From Phoronis australis (taxonomy: Eukaryota > Animalia > Phoronida): 64,000 bases of DNA. Shown here piece by piece: positions 55,001 through 64,000 of this stretch. The first letter of the stretch is position 1. Each line of letters starts with the position of its first letter. Made by a program: the position numbers and the translations under genes. The notes under the pieces were generated by a model, which worked only from the letters and a program-made list of their open reading frames with translations, did not search any database and was not told where the DNA came from. Location: positions 330,952 to 394,951 of the forward strand of contig NMRA01000072.1 of assembly GCA_002633005.1 (NCBI GenBank). Direction: 5' to 3'.

Positions 55001-58000
55001 ATAAACCATTAAAGACAAGATTAAAAAGGTGTTTTAATTACAGTTAAAGTTGCACTTCTTTTCTATTTATTGGCTTAAAAAGAAATAATTTAAATAAGGC
55101 TATAAAAATGGACTTCAAAATTATCTTGCCATAACTTAATTTGTTTGTGAAAAATTGAAGTTGTATTCGTCTTTTTGTCACAGTACGCAAAAACTAGGCC
55201 TTTATATAAAAATGCCTATTAAACAGCATTTTTGAGATTGATGACTAAATATTAAGTTTGGAAAGTTTCAGCGAAATCCATTAAGACATTTTCAAAAACT
55301 AGTGTTCCTAAGTTCCAATAAAGTCGATTTGCCGAAGCCGAGAAAAAGCCGATTAAACTGGGACAAGTGAAAATCTCAGTCTTCTGTTAATTATTCGGTG
55401 AAAACTTGTTTTCGGTACACATAACCTATACAATCTTTAACTATGTTAGCTATTTCAACGTTCACTTGCAATGTCAACTGATTTTGCAGTGCGTCACTAA
55501 CTTAATGATCATTAAAACCTCAAATAGACGTATTGTTCACAGCCACCTTTTACTGTTGTTTACAACCTACTTGCTAAGTAGGTCATAGTTCATAGCCTGT
55601 ACACGTCACGTGCTGGGAGACTGATACGAAACCAAGTAAGAAATGGATTGCAAAAATTAAATCGGTGGTTAAAGTATGTCGTTAGCATGAGATTGAAACA
55701 TCGAAATGTCAACTTATTAACTGAATTAAGGAATCAGGGTGAGGATTTATCTCTTTTCACAACTTTCTTTGTTCATGACCACAGAGGCCTGAGGCAACTC
55801 GTAGCATTCGTTTTCAACGCCAACGGTCGTATGCAATTGTAGACGCATAACTCCCTTAGCTTAGGATCAAAACTACATTCTGTCTTTGTTTTCCCCGGTG
55901 CCATTCTATCATAAGTACACCCCGTTGGCTCAATGTTATGGTGACTTTGTGAATGAAAGGGCTGAGGGTATACGTAGCTGTTCTGTACCTGGCGGGAGAT
56001 TCGATTTAATTGAAAGCCCTTTAAACTTTGACCTTGGATAAGCAGTAAACAAATATCCACGCAGTTGCGCAGTTGCAAGGTGGTTCTGCTAAATCTTTTT
56101 TTTCTCGCTACGCGGTATATATTTTGTATTTGAAGTTCCCTGAGAATGAAGATAAGGTATTTTGCTCGACACAAGTGAAATATTGTAAAAATGGCCAATT
56201 TTTTTAACAATGTTGGAGATATCCTTAATTTACAAATCATTAAAAAATTACCGGACGAATATGCCATTTTTGAAAATACCACGCAATTGTTGCCATTTCC
56301 ATTTGTTTTGAGAGCAGACAGGTTGGTTCATTGTTGTTTTTAATAGATAGGTGGTACTGCATATAGAGTAGACATGTAAAGGTATTGCTCTGGACTTTTG
56401 TGCAAACAATTGCATCAGAAATTAAAAGTAGACTCTCAACAATCATCAGAACAGATAGTTGTTACTGATACAAAATGTTGAATGACATAACCTCCCTGCA
56501 GGTCACTAAATTGAGACTTGCTTTAACACACAGACAGAAGCACAAATGCATGTTATAAAAGTCGTGACAAGTATTGCAATATTTTGGACTGCCATGATGC
56601 CGGTCATTTTTAAACGGTTCATCACCACTTGAGTGACTAAACAAAGCTCTGTGAACTTTTCAAGCTCTGCACAGTGCTTAATTATGGATAATTATGCATT
56701 GCTTAACAAATCATTGCGTTTGAAACCTTGCTTACAGTACCCATGTTTACGTGTCTCTGCAGATTTTAAAATTGAGCGGAGGTAATGGTACAGACCAAAG
56801 ACAACTATGTTTTTTTAGACTTATACAAATAAAGCAAATGAGCCTATGTCTGACAACTGTAGTCACTTCAACCAAGTTTGAAAGGTCACATGACAACAGG
56901 TCATGACTTGATTACCTTTAACCTTTGCCCAACAGCTTTGGTGTCCTTCTGACGTTCACTACCAGCCAGATCGACTAGGTTCAGTAACGATGACCGCAGA
57001 TTTTTTATTCCATCTTTTGTCTCCTGCAAAAGACCACAACAAGTACACTGTGCTGACAAAAAGATTTTCCTTCAATTTCTCCTCCTTAATTCTTGATGAT
57101 TGTGAATATTACAAAGTCTTTAATTCAACATTAAAAGAACACATTTACAGTTAGTTGGGACAAAAAAGCTGGATCATTACATGATGAAAAGGTACAAAAT
57201 AGAAGATGTGGGTGACTATCAAAAGGAGATAGTCCAACATCTTCATAGTGAACACAGTAACTGAAGTACAGAATTCTCACCAGATAAAATCAGCAACATG
57301 GTGAAGTGTGTGAATTCAATAAAGTAGACCACAATTTGGACTGCTGGCTCAAAACATACTTGATGAACAAAGCACGGCTCAAAATTGAAGCATGTTGGTC
57401 CCTTTTTTTATTAAGTTTGGTTTGAAGAACAGGATTAGAACTTGAAAATTTCAATCTCACAAGCATAATTTCGCATCTTTAGTTAACCTTTCACAATTGA
57501 GGAAAATCTTCTTAGGGCTGTTCCAGCAAAATCTGTATGGGAGGGGGGGGAAGGCACTTTTATTTCGTACCCACCGCCCATATTTTTCATTTATTTCTCC
57601 AACCCATGACCCATAATTTTTTTATTATTCTTAATAGGTTAAAATATAAAATCCAACACTTGCAAACAAATTGCCTCCAGGAGGACCTGTTAAGAACTTA
57701 TATGATTGACAGACAAGAACTAGTTGTCTTGTTCAATATTGTCAAAAATTAAAGTAGCCTGTGAACAATACTTTTGGCAGCCACCAGGTGTCTCTGTTCA
57801 CCATGTGTCTATAATTTCAATGAACATTTTTTCAATTATAAGGATCTATGAATCTCAAACTGTCGCCACAAACTCTTTTATACTTCTATGTCAAGTGAAT
57901 ATTGGAACTTGTTTATCTTACTCCTCATACTTTTTATTTAAAAATCATCAATTGTCTTATATGTGTTAACACCAGTTTAGTGTTGCGTAACTTTTCAATT

Positions 58001-61000
58001 CAATAGGACTGCAGACAAGCACTTGGCTCAAATCAAGTTGCCCATGACTTGATTAATGGCTTTGTGAACATATTGCACTCTGTTCACTGGCAATATGGGC
58101 TTTTTTGTATTGGGATGAGTTGGGTTATATGCCAATCGCATTTTTTGAGTTTTGATTTCTTTGGAGATGTGTTGGCCGAATTAACCAACCTGTCAAGGTT
58201 AACAGATCAAAAAATACCACCTATTTTTAATGCATCACTTCTTACAGGAACGACCACCCATAATTTCAGTTTTTTTCTGAAGACCACCACCCATGAATTT
58301 TTATTTCTACTGCCGTCCCCCCCCCTCCCACACGGATTTTACTGGAACAGCCCTTATGAACTCTAAATCAATTCAAAAATAAACACTGAAACTGACCTTC
58401 GACTCTATTTGCACGGTGAAGACAGCATGTGATCGTGAAGATTCTCTGTTCATTGAGGTGGAGGCCACTCGTCTGTTCAACCAACCATTAGTTAGAACCT
58501 GAGAGAAGAGATGAATTCAGGATGTAATTGTTTTTGAACTTAGTTGCAGATTACTGCATAAATGCTATAACTACTTTGTTGTCATAATAATAAAGAAACT
58601 TAATGCCCCTCACCTCATATGCTTCAGCAGCATTGGTCACAGAGATCTCAGTCAGTCCGTCTGCATAGACACCCCTCTTGATATTCTCGCGCAAGTTTAG
58701 GCTGGGCGAGCTTGTGTCCAACAGATCAAACACTTGCTCATTGTAGATCTCTAGGAATGAGCATTTGCACAGAAAGTCGGTGTTGTTCTGGAAATATCAA
58801 CAGGCAGTAGGTAAAGGGCTATAATCAAAATCTTACTATTAGTAAGCATAGGGAAAACCTTGGTGAACATATATCTAAAACATGTTTTGTGACAACTTTT
58901 AAGCGCTTGATTACAGGAAATAGTCTGAAATTTGTCTTTGGTTGGCAATACAGGATCCAAGAATATCTTGAAGCAGGAAAATATTAAAACACTACCACAT
59001 CATTGGCATCTAACAATTTGATAAATTGATGATTAGTCAAAAATCAGGAGTTATCTGAAATGTTTTGTAAAACATAACAATACACCTGGAAGGACAGTCA
59101 TAGGTTTGTAACACTTCTTTAGCGATTATTTGAACAATAACATATCCTCCAAGTCATGGGAATAACTACAGCCATCACATACCATTTGTTTTTGGTGGGA
59201 GATAATGCTGAACAGATACTCAAAGCTGCGTGGGATGACGCCGCGCAGTTCATGCTGAAAGTTGTCAGAGTCTTCTGACGGTCCTAGCATAGTGAAGGTC
59301 TTACCCGACCCTGTCTGGCCACTGAAACACAAGTAGTCGTCAAATTGAGACCAATAAGTAGTCGAGGAGAAAATTTCATCTTTTACTAACGATTAGTATC
59401 AGAGGCATACCGTTCCACATCAAGCTTAAAAATGCCATTGACCAGAATAAGTGCAAGGGAGCAAAGCCTCAACATGTTTCATTTCATTACTGAGAGAATG
59501 AATCAATAGTCTTCTTCTCGACTCCTGCAAAACATTTGACTTCTGCTCAGTGTTTTCCTTCCTAATGAACCGTACATGCTTTCTGACATTTAATGTACAT
59601 GTTCTTGAGAAAAGAATGCTGTCCACTAGGAAAACACGCAGTTATGGGTAAAACGTACGGAAAAAAGCGGCACAACATGAGAACAGCTAGGCACGTCTGA
59701 GTCTTACGTACTAGGCAAATATAGTTCCATTGTAACCCTGCACACAACTGTCAATAATGGTCCGACCGACCGTACTGAAGACTGTCTCCTACAACAAAAA
59801 CACACCAGGTATAACTTATATTCAGCCAGTAATGTCATTAAGAATAGCACTTTAGGAACAAACATCATGCAACTTCTACTGAGCATTGCCATGCCACGTG
59901 GGATCAGTGACTTCCTCTAGGTACCAGGCTGCACATGAAGGTGTTTCTAATTTACAATACATGACAAAAATTAAGAATCTCGACTTTATGAAAAGTACCC
60001 AGGGTAATCAACAATAATTTGCATTCTGAATACTTTTTGAAACCCAATTGAACTTATCTGTTATCAAGCCAAGTGAGTCTGGTCTCTTACTAGTAAGAAG
60101 AAATTAATACAAATTCAGAAATCTTTTCTAATCCAACAAAGGAGAAAATTAAGACCAATTAAACATAGGCATATCATGACGTGGTCTAATTCAAAAGTTA
60201 CTTCTTCTCACTGAAGGTGAACTACCATATCAGCTAAAAGTCAACGTCTCTACCAATTCATGAAGGTTTCACTTCATCTTGCAAAGGAAGAAAATCAAAT
60301 AGTTTTAAGGTGCTAAATAAGTTGGCTTGACCAAGATATTAACGTTATGTGCTGAGCATGCCGACAAGTAATACCAGCCTGACAGTTGTACCTACCCACG
60401 CCCAACAGAGCATAAAGAGGTCAGTTTATGAATCAAAAGTGGGTTTTAACTAAAGGTGGGTTTATAACTGATTTTGAAAGAAAGCCTATAAAATTAATCT
60501 AACCTGTGAGCACTCGCTATCAGCCACGTGGTCGTATGTGAAAATCTTTGCCTCAGGCTTGGCATGAACGACGATTGCATTGTGCCCGTGATCCACAGCA
60601 ACACACGGCTGCAGATCACCAGGAGGCTCTTCGGGTCTTACTCTCACAAAGACTTTAATGGCGTCGCCGTCACTGACAAATCAAAAAAGCAATTGCATAA
60701 TCACATGACCAATGGTGTTATAACCATACAAGACAAAAATTGTCCAATTTAGGGCACATTTTGAAGGAAGTGCATTACTTCCGTACCATACAACATCAGA
60801 TAGGCTAACACAACTATTACATTTAAATTTCTTTATATATTATTTAAATTTTTTTTTTAATGAAGTCTTCCACAAAATAAGCAATAGGTGGTAGCTTTAA
60901 TTATTTTTCATGTCTTTATTAGTGTTGTTGTGGTTGTTGTTTATACGTCCAATTCTTCATCTTGCATATTATTCCGTTTTACTCACTTTTTCTTCTTCCA

Positions 61001-62016
61001 CAGTTTTGGATTCAAGTAAATGTAATTCCTATTTACAATTATCATTTATTATTAAGGGTATATTATGTCACCTGGCCACTATACTAAACACTCATCATCA
61101 AACAATGTTTTCCCCAAAAAATAACTGCAGCCATGCAATAAAGCTTCACAAATGAAAACAAAAACACGACAGATTAGCTATTATCAATTCTGTCCCAAAT
61201 TTTACAGTTAGCGTCTGCGACTGGCATTTACCACAGCTTAAAAAAAAAATGCAACCACTGAACCAAAATATAACGGCTTAGTGAGTTAAAAGTTAGATAC
61301 AATGAATCACTTAGTCATGATAATTGTACTCAATAAAGGGAATCAACTTACCTTGACGGAGGCTGTGACGCCGAACCTGCAACAAAACTCACAGATTTTA
61401 CCAAGTGTAAACTGAGAATGCTGATAAATAACAAACATCTATGAATCAGGGATAACTCACTCCATACATATACAAGGGCAGGCTAACATTGCCACCACTC
61501 ACATTCATGCTCCACTCCAGATACCAACATCTACAAATATGCATGATTCACATACTAATCTGGTTACTCCCCAGGGCGCTTAAAGAGGGTAATTAACTTT
61601 AACAAACCAGGGAATGGGGAGGGGGGGGGGTGGCTCATCGGGCCTTCATCTGGGTGTCCAGAAATGGATACCTGATTCAGACCTAGATCTTGTTCACAAA
61701 ACAATAATTGATTTAACCATTCACATATTCCTCCGATTCTATGACACAAGTTACAATTGATTAAAGAAAATTCAATTCCAAGTTCACACATACGCGATCT
61801 GGAGTGGAGATTAATTACGAAGGATTCGAAATTCACACAGTCACAGCACTGTCTACTTACTACTGTCGGGGTCTAGTCCAGTGAGCTGGTGAATAAAACT
61901 CATCAATCTCGCAGCAATTGATAGCAATCAAAACTACCAATACACGTCAGCCAAAAAACAACCAGACTACATAGATTTTTGAGTGACGTAAGAATTACTT
62001 GATTACCTGAAGACAT
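31062..62016 (-). CDS. KIF15: Kinesin-like protein KIF15 (kinesin-12), about 30 exons, about 1354 aa
   Basis: Exons: 61999-62016, 61861-61885, 61352-61376 (these three tentative), 60504-60672, 59712-59788, 59183-59321, 58614-58787, 58397-58498, 56916-57023, 54775-54900, 53464-53586, 52889-53098, 51894-52061, 50879-51089, 50092-50213, 49005-49184, 48249-48422, 47589-47684, 47152-47257, 46013-46143, 45510-45587, 44937-45134, 44014-44184, 43503-43730, 42891-43016, 42036-42175, 41607-41697, 40650-40759, 39327-39419, 36571-36664, 34510-34641, 31062-31181. Phases are consistent (4065 nt). Motifs: [14 protein letters not shown]-loop [39 protein letters not shown], long coiled coil, KIF15/HMMR-type C-terminal [13 protein letters not shown]. 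Confidence 0.95.
31586..31602. other. Assembly gap (17 N)
   Basis: Direct reading; single Ns also at 19251 and 46928. Confidence 0.99.
32470..32625. repeat. (AATAGT)n low-complexity tract
   Basis: Direct reading. Confidence 0.8.
32720..34215. mobile_element. HINE-like element with two tandem units of about 430 bp and a nested TIR element (33560-34011)
   Basis: Units start at 32763 and 33197 (taactgttgacaca...). Nested inverted ends ...tagataagtcca / tggacttatcta...; (AAC/AAT)n tail. Confidence 0.5.
35662..35963. mobile_element. Small MITE
   Basis: Inverted ends tctgtttcgtgaaa / tttcacgaaacaga. Confidence 0.55.
36130..36570. repeat. Degenerate minisatellite (about 85-bp unit) resembling the adjacent KIF15 exon/donor junction
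   Basis: Units cagtatatctt...tttg(t/g)acctg...cctc match gtatac|cttctctagtttggacctggcctcc. Confidence 0.7.
37600..38682 (+). mobile_element. Helentron/HINE-like element with CTCF-like motif array and 3' hairpin
   Basis: Motifs at 37615, 37745, 37878, 37973, 38497. Short GGAC/AGAC tract, then hairpin TATGCGCACACATA-caaa-TATGTGGGCGCATA (38648-38679) followed by an A run. Confidence 0.65.
39880..40310. repeat. 30-bp minisatellite, about 13-14 copies
   Basis: Unit tgctgagaatgtcactgcatgttaaatgatatag-type with period 30. Confidence 0.95.
41698..42035 (-). other. Probable U12-type (minor spliceosome) intron with AT-AA termini in KIF15
   Basis: 5' end ATATCCTT; branch site CCTTAAC at 41707-41713; the in-frame junction requires ...TTTCCAA|G. 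Confidence 0.75.
42660..42793 (-). mobile_element. tRNA-derived SINE
   Basis: Minus strand A-box TGGCTCAGTGG and B-box GGTTCAAATCC; the acceptor stem does not pair. Confidence 0.65.
43130..43502. repeat. Minisatellite (about 55-70-bp unit) copied from the KIF15 exon 43503-43730 3' end plus donor
   Basis: Units tctaaccacacccacctcagcctgcaactccacctcctccaccctc match the junction tctaacacccac|ctcagcctgtaactccttcacttcctccaccctc. Confidence 0.8.
46860..47151. repeat. C-rich minisatellite copied from the KIF15 donor at 47151
   Basis: Units ccctaggcttgtcccaccgtcc match ccctaggctcgccttac|cgtcc. Confidence 0.7.
47790..48230. repeat. 36-bp minisatellite, about 12 copies
   Basis: Unit tatccctttaataatcagtcacaacacccagtgaag; produces the spurious [15 protein letters not shown]. 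Confidence 0.95.
53833..54620. mobile_element. PIF/Harbinger (Tourist-like) MITE, 788 bp
   Basis: TIR GGGCTGTTCCAGYAAAATCYGTRTGGGAGGGGGGG; TAA target duplication. Confidence 0.9.
57515..58353. mobile_element. Second copy of the same MITE, 839 bp, inverted relative to 53833-54620
   Basis: Same TIRs; TTA target duplication; the internal sequence is the reverse complement of the first copy (mirror ORFs 54174-54404 minus and 57724-57969 plus). Confidence 0.9.
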
Positions 62017-62071
62017 GATGCTTCTTCTCTGTACCGACTACCAGGCAAAATAAAACTCGAAAGGCAGTAAG

Positions 62072-62089
62072 TTCAAATAACGGCGGGAG
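62072..62089 (-). promoter_or_regulatory. CDE(E2F-like)/CHR cell-cycle element in the KIF15 promoter
   Basis: Minus strand CTCCCGCC-gtta-TTTGAA: a GC box with a 4-nt spacer before the CHR hexamer, about 55 nt upstream of the ATG. Confidence 0.65.
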
Positions 62090-62839
62090 CGATAATCTCG
62101 GCAGTTCTCGTTAACAGCGACATTGTTTGGCTGACCTATAAACTACTAGAGCGCGTGGATGAGGGCAGTTTTTGCCAAACGTCCTGGGAAAAGGAACCGA
62201 AACTTTGGTCCAGGTTTTACTGAAGTTGTGGGATCTCCCACAAGTGAAACTCAGTCGTCGAGAAATTACCGAAATTACACATCATGAACAAATCGCAGTA
62301 ACTTCAGGCATTTAGGAAGAGTTTTGGACAGCGCGCTCTAGTGGGAGTTGTTAGAACTAGAACGATAAACACGGAAGTTTGATCTTTTTGCGTGCTCTGG
62401 TGCAAAGTTCAAACTCTGCTTTGAGGTTAGCTTACATGCATCTGTTCGTGAGAATCTCAGTCTTCGAGTTTGAGCATGTTGGATAGCCCATTGGATGTGC
62501 TGAAATCTCAAGAACTTGGTAATGTCAAATATAATGTAGCTTTGGTGCATGGATTTTGGTAATTTATATAGCATAAAGACCATACAGTCTTCCTGGCCAA
62601 TGTTTTAGGCAGGGGGCCCATGTATCCTGCATCAAGATTAAAGTCAGCTTCCTGAATCAAGTTGTTGTTTTGAAGTTGACTGCGTATTAGTTTCAGCTTG
62701 TGAGGAAACTGATTCTCAAAGTGCAAATTCTTTAACTAGTGTGACCATGATGTTTTGGCACAGAATTAATTATTAACACTGTCTTTATTTTCGTGAAGTT
62801 TTCCGCTGACAAAATAATCATCATTGTTATACTTTTCAG

Positions 62840-63021
62840 GTATTACCATTGGGATATTTTCAACTTTAATTGTGGTATACATCGCGTTGGCCATTTTTGT
62901 GTACAAACCGTTCAGATACAACACTTCAAGCAGATTTAGAAGACTAAGGGATACGTCATTAAATTCCATCGAAGAATCAGGAAGTCAGCATGGATATGGT
63001 GCTACAGCTCATAGTGAATGA
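62840..63021 (+). CDS. Possible terminal exon of a small single-pass membrane protein, divergent from KIF15
   Basis: Acceptor ttttcag|G, then ITIGIFSTLIVVYIALAIFVY (hydrophobic), basic KPFR...RFRRLR, ending GYGATAHSE-stop. The upstream exon could not be fixed with confidence. Confidence 0.4.
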
Positions 63022-64000
63022 TTGTTATCTGTGTGATTTCCACGGGCTTGAGGACGAGACACGCCATGTGGTGCTAAGTTTGACTGGAGAAAGTGAAACA
63101 CATCACCATTTACAATCTTTTTAGTTTGGTGATTGTCACTGTTGCAAGTTAAAGTGCCAAATAATGGATGCTGATTCATGTCCTGAAAGCAGTGACAGTA
63201 CTATATTTACTTGAGACGAGATGTTTTTGTGGAGTTAAATTCAGAGAAAGTGAACATTGGGCTTTCTGGTGCATGCTTGTGCGACAAAATTGCTTATATT
63301 GGGCTAGTACTTAAAGAAAGTTAACAATTTTATGTGATAGCTTTGCATGAGAAGTGTCAAAGGCCATCCCAATGGTACCTCATATAGGAGGCTACAGTTC
63401 TTTGCAATGTCATTATTCCATACCGTATCCGGGCATATTTAGGCCCATCAGCCTATGTGGGAAGGTATGCCTGAAGCCAAGGAGAAAATTTTAAAAATAA
63501 CATGCAAGTCAAGTATCCTGTGCGGAATAGTTGACATTTATTCAATTCATTAATTATTTAAAGCAGATATAAACCCACAATATTCTGTCCAAGAAGCGAA
63601 CTTTTGATTTAAACCAGTACTAAATTTGGTCACAACTTATTACTTACTCAGATGAGCAGCAATTTCAAGTTTGCAAAGAACTGGCAGTTTGTTTTTCCGT
63701 GAGACCAGAGACCAGAAAAAAATGAAATATATTATATACTGTGAAAAGACAACTTGTACATCCTGATCTCAAACAGTAACGATTAGCAAGAAGTCAAGTT
63801 GATTTTTGTAATGGAAATGGGTTTTAAATATTAATAAGTACTAAGAACATACAAAATACACTCTACACACAGTTTAACATGTGTACATATACATAGCCTC
63901 CCACACCTATAAGTGAAGCTTTGGTACATCCACCTCTACTGTTACACTTGGGTAAAGAACTTCTTAACTGAAAAAAATCATGTTATTGCGTATATAGGGG

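Overview
Intron-rich, AT-rich animal genomic DNA. A marine invertebrate such as a lophotrochozoan is an inference from gene and repeat style, not something I could test. All gene models were spliced by hand and checked for phase. (1) Two tandem, intact 11-exon arylsulfatase B-like genes lie on the minus strand (184-11426 and 16182-24520). Both carry the non-canonical formylglycine motif LCTASR instead of LCTPSR. They are served by five copies of a signal-peptide first exon of two types, one of them frameshifted. (2) A complete, about 30-exon KIF15 (kinesin-12) gene lies on the minus strand (31062-62016, about 1354 aa). It has a probable U12-type AT-AA intron, a CDE/CHR promoter, minisatellites copied from its own exon/donor junctions, and an inverted MITE pair around two motor-domain exons. 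(3) A possible small membrane-protein exon sits head-to-head with KIF15. (4) There are many non-autonomous transposons, including a 487-bp foldback palindrome with a 6-bp TSD and Helentron-like elements carrying phased CTCF-like motif arrays.
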